Source: Blastocladiella emersonii ATCC 22665
Lineage: Eukaryota > Fungi > Blastocladiomycota
DNA length: 64,000 bases
NCBI GenBank assembly: GCA_025594325.1
Contig: JANHCV010000014.1
Location: 372,001 to 436,000, forward strand
Direction: 5' to 3'
Part shown: piece after piece, positions 10,330-19,997 of the stretch
How the letters are laid out: the number at the start of each line of letters is the position of its first letter
Position numbering within the stretch: position 1 is the stretch's first letter
The notes under the pieces: model-generated
The model's input: only the letters and a program-made list of their open reading frames with translations
What the model was told of the DNA's origin: nothing
Database searches by the model: none
Program-made: the position numbers and the translations under genes

Positions 10330-11001
10330 TCAGGGCGTCGACGCGAGCTTGACAAAGTTGTGTGCCTGGCCGTAGCGGCGGTAGTTGTCGCCGGGCGCGG
10401 CCCCCTTGACCATCTTGCACAGCTCACAGACGCTGGTGCATGGAGTCTCGATGCTGACGTGGCCGCACTTGGTGTATGACATGGTGGTGCGCTTGGTCTT
10501 GGACGGGTCCTGGTCGCAGCACGACCACGTCGCGATGCACCCGTCCTTGGTATCGCAGCACGAGAGCTTACAGCCGGGCGAAGCCGTGCTCTTCATGCAC
10601 AGGGTGCAGATGGCCGTGCATGGTGCGGGATCTGAATCGATCAACTTTCCACAGCATGCGTACGCCTCGGCGCATGGCTCACCGGGTTCCTGGTTGCAGC
10701 ACGCAATGACGCAGCCCCGACTGTCGCGTGTAGCTGCGATGGACATGTCATGCTTACATTTGGTGCAGACAACTTGGCATGGCTGTGTCCGTTCGCAGCA
10801 CTCGTAGATACATCCCACGTCGTCTTGGCCTCCGCGGCACTTGGTACAGAGGACTGGCTTCAGCCTCGACGGTTTACGCGAATGAGGCAGTACAGCCGCC
10901 AGTTGCGCGAATTCCATCGGAATAGTCTCGAGACAGTCTGCTATACTTGGAGCTTCACCGAACCTGGGGTTGGGATAAAACCCTGGGTGGCACTTGGCCA
11001 T
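10330..11001 (-). CDS. Cys-rich repeat protein, putative multi-zinc cluster (frame open upstream to 11340)
   Basis: 27 Cys in about 150 aa, arranged as repeated CxxC...GCxxxCC...PC units, with HPG and WSCC motifs. The first ATG is at 11001; the upstream frame has a further CxxC...CHY...H.G. Confidence 0.6.
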   Translation of the reverse strand: MAKCHPGFYPNPRFGEAPSIADCLETIPMEFAQLAAVLPHSRKPSRLKPVLCTKCRGGQDDVGCIYECCERTQPCQVVCTKCKHDMSIAATRDSRGCVIACCNQEPGEPCAEAYACCGKLIDSDPAPCTAICTLCMKSTASPGCKLSCCDTKDGCIATWSCCDQDPSKTKRTTMSYTKCGHVSIETPCTSVCELCKMVKGAAPGDNYRRYGQAHNFVKLASTP

Positions 11002-11388
11002 GGTCGCGTGCTGGCGACGCGTCCCAGCGTGAACACGCTGCGTGTCCTTGTGCCCTCGAATTTTACCCCCGCCGTGGACCACGATGCGCTTCCCATGGAC
11101 ACGGACCGCATCGCGTGAATGACGCTTCGCGTCGGCCGTGCCCTTGTGCGCGTTAGCGAGTGCGCCGAGGTGCGAGGACTCAAGCTCGTAGTGGCAGTTG
11201 CCCTTGGTCAAGCGCGGATCGCCGACCGCGTCGCAATTACTGCACGCGAACGAACGCTGGACAACCGCCACCGGATCCCGCGGCTGCGACACGATCTTGA
11301 CGAGGAGCTCGCGGTAGTCGGCTGTGTTGTACAGATCCAATTTGCATTTGCACGCGTGATGATGTCTAAAGTTGTATTCCTTGCCCGT

Positions 11389-12075
11389 CTATCCGCGCGC
11401 CATCTTCATGGCCTGCTTCTTCATCTTGACCCACTCGCGCACCACGTCGACGAGCGCCGTGATCGCCGAGATCAGCGCGTAGTCGACGTTGGCGACCACC
11501 TCGACTCGGTACGTGTCCGCGCCGACCTGCTTGGCGAGGAACCCCGTCTCGGTCTTGGCGCGCGCCACGAGCTTGCCCGACTCGTCGTTTCCAACGTAGT
11601 AGTAGATCCACTTGGTGATGTCGTACATCTTGACGAACATGGGCTCGAGGCCCTCGCGCTCGAACGTGACCGACAGACAGTCGTAGGCGAGTCCGTCGAC
11701 GCCGTTGGCCGTCGCGACGGTCGCGCCGTCAGCGTCGAGCAGCGTGAACCGGCGCGACATCGACAGCAGCTTGTCCGAGTTGACGGCGACGAACACGGGC
11801 TTGCGGGTGAGCAGGTCGAACCCCGATCGCTGCGACGACATGCTCACGGCCTTGCCCTGGACCTCGAGCAGCTTCGTCCCGTTGGCCGCGTTGCTCACGA
11901 CCGCGTCGTCGCCCGACAGCGACACGGACTGCTCGTACAGCAGCGTCATGGGTGTAGGCACGCAGAACCCGTCACCGAACACGTTGAGCGGCGCGGCCGG
12001 CGTGTACTCGGTCGTGAACGGGATGTCCTCGGGCTCGGTGAAAGTCTTGGCGGCGGTCTTGAATGCGTTCAGCAT
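11389..12075 (-). CDS. LURP-one-related / Tubby C-terminal-like (Tub_2) protein, paralogue 1
   Basis: SLSGDDAVV...LLEVQGKAVS...YRVEVVANVDYALISAITALVD; strong GC3 coding bias. Confidence 0.82.
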   Translation of the reverse strand: MLNAFKTAAKTFTEPEDIPFTTEYTPAAPLNVFGDGFCVPTPMTLLYEQSVSLSGDDAVVSNAANGTKLLEVQGKAVSMSSQRSGFDLLTRKPVFVAVNSDKLLSMSRRFTLLDADGATVATANGVDGLAYDCLSVTFEREGLEPMFVKMYDITKWIYYYVGNDESGKLVARAKTETGFLAKQVGADTYRVEVVANVDYALISAITALVDVVREWVKMKKQAMKMARG

Positions 12076-12132
12076 GGTTGCATTAGGTTACGTGGAGCAA
12101 GTTGGCGAGGGTGGAGGGGAGAGAAAGAAAGG

Positions 12133-14063
12133 CACACCAAAAGCGCACCCAGCAGGATGGCCGGCGGAATCCGCCTTCCGGAGGGGTCACCGGACCGCCG
12201 CCGGGATCCGCTGAAACTCAGGCGGATCCGGGCTGAGCGCGCCTCAGCGGAATCCGCCGCCCGTCCGCTGGAAGGCGGAAACTGCCCTGCATCCGGCTTC
12301 TCACGTCAACGGACTCCGCCATAAATCCTCTGACTTAAACAGCGTGATAAAAGCGGGTTCGCTCCCTTCAGTCAGCGCGCTCCCTCAATATTAGGCGGAT
12401 GAGATAGACATGAAGAGCCGCTGCGGGCGAGTTTATTAATGATATACGAGTCCGCCAGTTGCTACTGGCACAGGAGACCGACGGGATCGCGACGAGCGGC
12501 AGGCCGCGTCCAGTCGACAGGTGGAGCAGTAAGTGAACGGGCCGTTAGAACGAGGCCTTGGCGACGAGTTGGGCGGGAGCATGCGCGGAGCGACCTGGAG
12601 CTTGTTGCGGCGGATACGACACCTTGGTCGGGCGGGATGACGGCCTTGGTCGAGATCGAGCGAGGAGGAAACCGAGTGAGTCGCGCGGAGAGGTGGCCCA
12701 GGGACTTGTGCTGAGCGGCAAGACCGACGGAGCACACACGTACGCGGACATGATCACCGTTAGGTCGGAGCGCGGGTTCGTCGAACTTGGCGCTAGCTGT
12801 GCGAGAGAAAGCGAAGGAGTGAGGGCGTACGGCTAAAGACGATGAGATGGGGCGAGGAGGCGTGAAGAGTTGGCAAGAGTCGAACAGTGAGCGGGGCGGC
12901 GAGCTGATTGAGGTCGGCGAACCGTGCTGTCGCAATGCTATCGAGTCAGTCGGCGCGGAGCGAGGACGGTCGCGATCGAGTTGGAGCGGCACACATACCT
13001 GGCGGGATGTGGCCGTGTGGGTCTTGTGTACTGCGCGAGGGGATGTGGGCGAGCGTCACTACACGGCGGCGGTTCGAGTGAGCACGAGCAACGTGCACCG
13101 TGGGAGGATCCGAGCGCGCCATGGTCACACTGGCCGCCGTCAACGTGCGTCGACGCATGGCGCGGGCGAACAAGGTGACGGACGGCGAGATGGTCCTCGC
13201 GCGGCCGGCCAGCGAGCGCTGCGGTATCGAAGGACGTGGCGGGTTACGTGGTGCTGTCGTCGAGCAGAGGGTCGGGGGCGTGCTGGCGGCACCGCGGGTT
13301 GTGAGGGTGAGGGACAGCAGCAGAGCGCGGCGCGGAGGGAGCGAGAAGGCGGGCGGCGGTGCGCCGGCCTTTAGGGGCCGGGTCGCCCCAAACTTCGATC
13401 GCCATCGCTCACATGGCTGCACGCGGACTGCACGTCGCTTGCATCGCGCGAGGCAGAGGCCCTTGCGCGCCGAGCCGTCGCGAGCACAAGTCCCGGCGTC
13501 AACGTGCGGAGGAGGACGAGCGCGTGCGTCACGACAGGCGGCGACGGGCACGAGGGCCGAGGTGGGCGTGCGCGGGCGTGGGCGGACTGGGCGGCTGCGT
13601 GAAGCGCGTCGCGGCGTTGGACGAGCTCAAGGAGAGGTGGTTGGCTGCTGCCGTGACGCGCACAAGGGGATGTGATACGCGCGAGGGGACCGCTCCAAGC
13701 GCGGGGAACGAGGGGGGAGTGGGCAAGCACGGCCCTGCGTCGGGTGGGAGCGGGCAGCGACCCCGCGACGGCGGCAGGCTCACAAGGACTTTAAATCCAC
13801 GTTGCGATAAGTTCAGACAAGAGCTGTGTATTCATGGGGAGTCGCGAGGTGGCGGCAGGGGGTGCGCATGAGCGAAGGGAGGTGAGTTGGGCCAGCCGTG
13901 GCGGAGGGGAGGCGGATTCCTGCGAGCGGGGGATGGCGGACGGCAGGAGGATCCGGCTGGGGTGGGCGGACAGCGGGATCCGGCTTGCCTCGCTGAGGGG
14001 TGGCGGGGTTCAGCGGAATCCGGCCGTGGTCCGGCGGCGGTGGCTGGGTGCGTTTTTGGTGTG
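12133..14063. mobile_element. Non-autonomous CMC/CACTA-like DNA transposon
   Basis: 21-bp TIRs with 1 mismatch, CACACCAAAA(G/A)CGCACCCAGC (12133-12153; 14043-14063). 3-bp target-site duplication AGG (12130-12132; 14064-14066). Subterminal GCGG(A)ATCCG arrays at both ends. No recognisable transposase. Confidence 0.85.
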
Positions 14064-14274
14064 AGGGATCGGGCTTCGTTCAGCGAGTCTTCGATCCCAC
14101 CCGATCCGAGATGTGTACGGAATGTAGCGCTGGCACCGGTGGCGGCGCCAATGACCGCAGTCCGTGGCTGCCGCCACCAACTCCGCGCGGGGCTGAACCG
14201 CAAAGCACTGCCGAGGGCGCAGCGGGCTTCAACAAACGAGTGCAGACAAGGCAAGATCGTTTATTCACTCAAGC

Positions 14275-14952
14275 TTAGAACTTGATGGGCTTGATCGGCT
14301 TCACAGGCCGCACGCTCTCTCGCGCCTGATCGACGAGCGCCGTGAGCACGACGATCAAGGCAATGTCCCCGTTGGCGGCGATCTCGACCGAGTACGTGTC
14401 GGCCGCCTCGTTGCCCGGCTTGCTCCCCTCGCGCTTGCCGCGCGCGATCATCGGCGACTTGTCGTCGGCGCCCGCGTGGAAGTAGATGGTCTTGGTTGCC
14501 TCGTAGTAGTGGACGTGGACTGCGTCGACGCCCACGTCTGCCTTGTAGAAAGTCGCGTTGACCGTGGCCGCGGACCCGTCTACCTTGGCCTTGACGGCAA
14601 GCTCGCCCGCCGCGTTGCTGATCTTGAACGTTGAGGAGAGCCCGAGGAAGTTGGCGTTGGCGATGGTGAAGGCGGGCTTGCCCGTGACGAGGTCTGTGGC
14701 CGTGTAGCTTGACGAGAAGGCGCCGCCTGCGAGCTGGAACAGCTTGGCGCCCGACTTCTCCTCGAGCACGATCGCGTCGACGCCCGACAGCGAGTCGGTC
14801 TGGTCGAACACGAGCTTGAGCTGCTTGTCGATGCAGTAGCCGCGGTCGAACACGGCGAGCGGCGACGCGGTCGTGAACTGGTCCGTGATGCCGGCCGGCG
14901 CGCCGGTAGCCGTCGGGTTCTCGAGAAGGTCGCGCAGGCTCGTGGCAATCAT
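14275..14952 (-). CDS. LURP-one-related protein, paralogue 2
   Basis: MIATSLRD...SLSGVDAIV...LFQLAGGAFS...YSVEIAANGDIALIVVLTALVD; ATG at 14952. Confidence 0.8.
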   Translation of the reverse strand: MIATSLRDLLENPTATGAPAGITDQFTTASPLAVFDRGYCIDKQLKLVFDQTDSLSGVDAIVLEEKSGAKLFQLAGGAFSSSYTATDLVTGKPAFTIANANFLGLSSTFKISNAAGELAVKAKVDGSAATVNATFYKADVGVDAVHVHYYEATKTIYFHAGADDKSPMIARGKREGSKPGNEAADTYSVEIAANGDIALIVVLTALVDQARESVRPVKPIKPIKF

Positions 14953-15119
14953 GGCGTGTTGATGCGTTGCTTTCGTGGGATGATTTTTTCGTTGTGTGGA
15001 GAGAGGAGTGCGTAAATTGTCTGCTGCAGCCGAATCAGCGGTTTTAAGCGAGTCCACCGCATTCCGTACTCACGGTCAACATGACGAGGGAAGGATCGCA
15101 CTACGCTTCACGCATATAT

Positions 15120-15899
15120 TCACTTATTCTGTGCTTCAGGCCGCGACAGGCTGGTACTGTCATCAAACGTCTCGGCGATCGCGACGAGAGCCGTCACAGC
15201 GGCAAGATCCACGTTCTGCGCCACCTTGACCTCGAACGATACGCGCTGGCTTCCGACCTCGGCCCACGTCGCTACCTTGAAGAGCGATTCGAGCAGCCAC
15301 CGGCGCCGGGCGTACGCGACGAGCGGAGCCGACTTGTCGTCGCCGTTGGCATCTTCAGCGTAGAAGTACATTTCCGACGTGAACGGCGAGAAGCGGACGC
15401 GGAGCGCGGGAACCGTCGTCATCGGCGACTTCGAGTCCTTGGCGGAAACTGGGAGCGTCACGGTGAGCTGCTTGCCCAAGAACCCCGTCGAGCCGGCGAC
15501 ATGCATCACTTGATCCCCATTCGCATCCGTGACGCTGAAGCGGTGCGGGAAGAGCGCAAACACGTCGTTGCGCACGGTGCATACGGCAGCGCCCGTCTGC
15601 GAGTCGGTCACGATGCGAGGCGAGGTGACGGAGAAAAACTTGCCCGCCACGCTGAACAGGTCCGTGGGTGGGTCGCTCGCGCGGGATACGGTCGCCGAGG
15701 CAAGCTTGTAGTCGTGCGGCGCACGGTACACGAGCTTAGTGGTCTTGGTCGAGCAGTACTTGCGGTCGACGACAGCCAGCGGGCGATCGGGCGAGAACTC
15801 GGACGTGAGCGCGACGTCGTGGTCCGCGACCAGCGTGTCGTAGGCAAGAGCAGTCAACGGCACTGCGGTAATAAGAGCATAAGGCCAGTAACGTTGCAT
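15120..15899 (-). CDS. LURP-one-related protein, paralogue 3 (possible N-terminal signal peptide)
   Basis: MQRYWPYALITAVPLTALA...LFSVAGKFFS...FEVKVAQNVDLAAVTALV; the start choice is inferred. Confidence 0.72.
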   Translation of the reverse strand: MQRYWPYALITAVPLTALAYDTLVADHDVALTSEFSPDRPLAVVDRKYCSTKTTKLVYRAPHDYKLASATVSRASDPPTDLFSVAGKFFSVTSPRIVTDSQTGAAVCTVRNDVFALFPHRFSVTDANGDQVMHVAGSTGFLGKQLTVTLPVSAKDSKSPMTTVPALRVRFSPFTSEMYFYAEDANGDDKSAPLVAYARRRWLLESLFKVATWAEVGSQRVSFEVKVAQNVDLAAVTALVAIAETFDDSTSLSRPEAQNK

Positions 15900-16130
15900 G
15901 GTGTCTGATTCGTTCAAGCGTTCATGGTAGCGGTTTATATGACAGGGAAGGAGAGCTGCGGCGCGGCGGCGCGGCGGCGCGCTTTTTCCGCCTCTCCCTG
16001 AGCAGACTTGCCCTGACACCATGTTCAACGCCAAGCAATCGAACATCCGGGTTGAGCAAAAGTTTCTGGTGAGCGAAAATCGGATTTGACGAGACAAGGA
16101 AAATGTATACGAGGCCGATCAATGGACACA

Positions 16131-17414
16131 TCAAGCGTCGCCACGCGACTCCGACTCTTGCGCGCCTGCAGCCAGGGCGACAACATTCAGTAACTTGGCC
16201 ACCTGGTCCTCGTCAAGGCGATCCGAGTTGAGCCACCAGTCGACAATCTCGTGATGACCAAGCCGCGCAGCCTTGAGGACGTAGCGGAATGTAAAGTTGC
16301 TCATGTCGGGGAGCGGTCTAAGGTGTTGGAGCTTCGTGCGTTGCTTCGTGTCCGTGTTGAGCCACCGGAGGCAGCCAATGGCCCGCGCCTTGGTGGCAAC
16401 GTTGAGGAACGAAATGGACGCGCTGGCAAGCTTGTCAAACGGACCTGGACGCATGAACTTCATCTCGCCGCGCCGGCTGTACACGTAACAAAACCTTTCG
16501 CAGGAGGATATGGTAAAGTCGGCCATCCACTCGAGCATGTGCGGACGATCTTTCTTGATACATTCAACAACGACCTGGTCCCAGTCGTCGATTTTCGAGG
16601 CCCAATCACGATCTGGGGGAAAAGATTCGTCCTCCTCCATGACTGGTAGATGCTCGAGAACGTTCAAAAGGCCGTCTTTGAGCGCACGCCTGGGTAAACT
16701 GGAGTTCAGTTCAGTGCAGACGAAAGTTCGGGCATCGGAGTCTTTGTCGAGATAATAGTCTTCGTCGTCGTCGTCGTCTTCGTCGTCATTGTCATCGTCA
16801 TCGTCATCGTCATCGTCGTCGCTCGCCTCGCTGTGATCGCGAGGGACGCGGTAGCGATTGACTATCCAGGAAAGCAAGCTGCCACGGTCATATTTGACTG
16901 CCGCCTCGAGCGCCGCGTCGTAGTCAAGATCGATCTGAGTGCTATACGACCACCACCACTCCATTGACTGGCGCTCTCCTGCGGCGGCTGCAAGCTCGAA
17001 CGCCTTGGACGCGAGCTTGGTGTTGCGAGAGTTTTCCACGGTTTCGCGCGAAGCCTCGAGCAGGTCCACCCGGCCGGCGACCGATGCGAGCTTGAGAAAG
17101 AGGCTGCGCTCGTGTGGGCCATGCGGGCCGGCTGACGGTTTGAGGAAGAGCGCGAGAAGCGCATCGCGGAGCTCCTTGCTCGCGGGACGCAGTGCGGCAC
17201 GTCGAAGCGGCTCGGATTGGAAGTCGCGTATGATAAACTTGCGCAAGTGTGCACTTGGGACAGGAAACACGCGGAGCAGGTTCCCCGCGTGGTCGCGCGA
17301 TCGGTCGCTCCGGCACGAGCAGGTGCCCAGCGCGATCATCATGATCGTTTCGATTATCTCGATGGGCAAGCGCGGTAGAGCCCGTTGCGGTAAGTTTCCA
17401 TTCGTTTGTTGCAT
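16131..17414 (-). CDS. Lineage-specific F-box-like plus degenerate ankyrin-like repeat protein with poly-Asp tract
   Basis: N-terminal LPRLPIEIIETIM; repeats ASVAGRVDLLE, AAAAGERQSMEWW, AARLGHHEIVDWW; acidic tract at about 16760-16820. Confidence 0.6.
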   Translation of the reverse strand: MQQTNGNLPQRALPRLPIEIIETIMMIALGTCSCRSDRSRDHAGNLLRVFPVPSAHLRKFIIRDFQSEPLRRAALRPASKELRDALLALFLKPSAGPHGPHERSLFLKLASVAGRVDLLEASRETVENSRNTKLASKAFELAAAAGERQSMEWWWSYSTQIDLDYDAALEAAVKYDRGSLLSWIVNRYRVPRDHSEASDDDDDDDDDDNDDEDDDDDEDYYLDKDSDARTFVCTELNSSLPRRALKDGLLNVLEHLPVMEEDESFPPDRDWASKIDDWDQVVVECIKKDRPHMLEWMADFTISSCERFCYVYSRRGEMKFMRPGPFDKLASASISFLNVATKARAIGCLRWLNTDTKQRTKLQHLRPLPDMSNFTFRYVLKAARLGHHEIVDWWLNSDRLDEDQVAKLLNVVALAAGAQESESRGDA

Positions 17415-17588
17415 GTTAGCAAGTTATCAAGTCGTCGGTGAGAGCGAGATGCGCTTTGATCGCGATGGGAAAAGGTCGCCCACGCGTTGCGCCACACGAC
17501 CTGCCACCTCAATCACCGTGTGATGGTCAGAGTAAATCGCTCAAGACACCGCGTGTACAAAAGAATCATGGAATGCATGAGATCATTA

Positions 17589-18020
17589 TCAATACGCGCC
17601 CCGGCCGCTGAACCGCTTCTGAGTCGTGTAATACTCGTCACCGAGCAGGACCAGCGCCGTGGCCGCTGCAAAATCCATGTTAGCGGCCACGCGCACGTCG
17701 TACACGGCCGACAACCCGCAGCGCTTCACGGTAGACGTGACGAGCGGACCCGAATCGTCGCTACCCGCGTACACCTTGATCTGCGTGGTCGGAGTGAGCC
17801 AATGGACCACGACGCGGAGGAACAGTGACACTTTTGCCGCTCGCAACTGCCACGATGGGCGAGTCCGTGTTGAAGCTCCAGTGGTTTCGGCCTTGAGTGT
17901 CTGTGCGCCAGTCGCGTCCACAAGCTCGTACTCATAGCCGACGACCGTGGGCACGTCGTTGGCAAGGAGGACAGCCGAGTTGCAGTCCGTCAGCGTAGCA
18001 GGAGTCCCGACCAAGCTCAT
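17589..18020 (-). pseudogene. LURP-one-related paralogue 4, N-terminally degenerate
   Basis: C-terminal YDVRVAANMDFAAATALV matches the paralogues; the N-terminal half is not in a single frame. Confidence 0.6.
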
Positions 18021-18251
18021 GGACAGTGCTCGCGCATCCTTGCGCCGACCACGGCCACGTCGATTGGATTCTCACTCAGCCCCGATAGCAATCGCTTCTG
18101 AGTGCACTGGTCCGTCAGGACGCGCAACAACTTGTTCGTGAGTCACGCTTTGCTCACGATGGGGCGGTGCCGTTGACAAGGTTCATCAGCTATTCTATTC
18201 ACAACGACGACGGCCCAGACGCGCGACAGCGACAGCGACAGTACACATGCC

Positions 18252-18890
18252 TTACGTGAGCTTCTCCCTCGCGGCGTCGACGAGCATGACGAGCGCGACG
18301 ATGAGGGCGCCGTCGACGCCGGGCGCGATATCGATGCGGTACGTGTCCTTGTCGAGGAAGTGGGACATGAGCGACTTTTCGCGGCGGATGTTGGCAATGA
18401 CGGGCCCGCTGCTGCTGCTGCCCACGTAGATGCGGACGGCGGTCGAGATCGACAGGGGCGAGAACTTGACGTAGAGGTGGTGCGGTGCGCCGGGCACGTT
18501 GACAGTCACGTCGAGCTTGCTGGACGTGATCCCGCGGCGGCCCTTGACGGTGACGACCGACTTGCCCTTGGCGTCCTCAATCTCGTAGTTGACGTGCAGC
18601 GTGATGAGCTTGTGCACGTCCGACGCCTTGCACAGCGTGGCCTTGGTGCGCGGGTCGACGATGCGCCGTGCGTTGTGCAGCGACATGGCCTTGCCGTGCA
18701 CCTCGAACACGACCTGGCCCGACGGGTCGGTCACCACGCAGTCCTCGCCCGACATGGACAGCTGCTCCTGCAGGACCAGCGTGACCGGGTAGGGCGCGCA
18801 GTGGCCTGGGCTGAACACGGTGAGCGGCGACGACGTGTAGTCGGACGTGAGCGCCGGCGCGGTGGCGGAGTCGAAGAGGGCGGATAGCAT
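18252..18890 (-). CDS. LURP-one-related protein, paralogue 5
   Basis: MLSALFD...LSMSGEDCVVTDPSGQVVFEVHGKAMS...TYRIDIAPGVDGALIVALVMLVD. Confidence 0.85.
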   Translation of the reverse strand: MLSALFDSATAPALTSDYTSSPLTVFSPGHCAPYPVTLVLQEQLSMSGEDCVVTDPSGQVVFEVHGKAMSLHNARRIVDPRTKATLCKASDVHKLITLHVNYEIEDAKGKSVVTVKGRRGITSSKLDVTVNVPGAPHHLYVKFSPLSISTAVRIYVGSSSSGPVIANIRREKSLMSHFLDKDTYRIDIAPGVDGALIVALVMLVDAAREKLT

Positions 18891-19163
18891 TGCAGTTTCG
18901 TGGGCGGTGTGCTTGCGGGGAGAGCGAGAGCGAGAGCGGGAGCAGCGGGCGGTGCGCAGTTTTGAGTGCGTGAGGGCTCGCTGGCAGGGAGCACGCCAAG
19001 ACGGGGACCGGTGGCGGCGCCCTTCCAGCGAAGGCGCCTCGCGTGGCTCGCCGTTTCGCCCCCTGCTTCCCGATCGGTCGGCCAGCGAGCTTCCAGAAGT
19101 GGGAGCCGGCTTCGCCATCCGCCCCAGTTTCGAAGCGCTCGAACGCGTGTAAAATGATGACGG

Positions 19164-19433
19164 AGCGTACTCGAGAAGCGCGCCAATGTCGCCGGGGAAC
19201 CCGCGGTCGGCCACGTAGCGCTCCTTCCACGCGACGGGCACGCGGTGCGCGAGGAGCGAGTTGAGCCAGTCGCGCTTCAAGGACTTGAGGGCCATGACCT
19301 CCGAAAAGGCGCGCGTCGTCGCGGGAACGAGAGAGCGCGGATTGGCAAAGTGCAAGACGGCGGCGAGCGGCTCGGCCGGCAGGTTGGCAAACTCGAAGTG
19401 CGCCGAGTCGGATGCATTCATTTTCTGCTCCAT
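19164..19433 (-). pseudogene. Family-A copy 3, truncated after about 90 codons, in frame with downstream LURP paralogue 5
   Basis: MEQKMNASDSAHFEF...GDIGALLEY, after which homology stops; the ORF track shows no stop until 18252. Confidence 0.8.
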
Positions 19434-19599
19434 GGTTGCAATTGTGCCTGTGGGCGTTACGAGAGGGAGAGGGAGAGGGAGAGCGGGAGCGCGATCCAGC
19501 TCGAGCGCGCGATGGAGCCAACGGCCGCGCGAACGGTGAGTCGCGAGCGGTGACGGTGCTGGCGGTGAGTCAGTCGATCGCTTTCCCCAGACGCGCATC

Positions 19600-19637
19600 A
19601 CACGTGCCCGGTCACCTGTTTTCGCGACGCGTCTCGC
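19600..19637 (-). promoter_or_regulatory. Conserved family-A upstream element (copy 3)
   Basis: Reverse complement reads GCGAGACGCGTCGCGAAAACAGGTGACCGGGCACGTGT. Confidence 0.55.
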
Positions 19638-19997
19638 GGCCCTCGTAACGAGTCGGCTCCGAGTCGATGTACACACGCCGTCAGTTCCATCAGCCCGCTC
19701 ACATCTGCAGCTCTTACGTGATCTTCGGAAGAGCGAAGCAGTCAAGCACGCATTGGTCTCTGCTAAGCGTTCCGAAGCCCTCACCGCGACGAAGCCTAAC
19801 TTCAAAAAGACGATGGCTTCGTCGCGTGTCACAGAATAAGGCGTCCGAGATGAGAGCGCGACTTGAACTCGCGCATCGCGTGGACAACGCACCATGTCCC
19901 GCTTTCGAGTGCGTGGTCCGCGTGCTGCTTCTATGAGATGCTAGAATTCTCGATTCGCGCGTTCAAACTACTCGTGGATGAGAATCGAAATCGAAAG

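Noticed and set aside
12400-13800. ORFs inside the TIR element as a transposase
   Set aside because: No DDE or CMC transposase motifs and no consistent codon bias in any frame.
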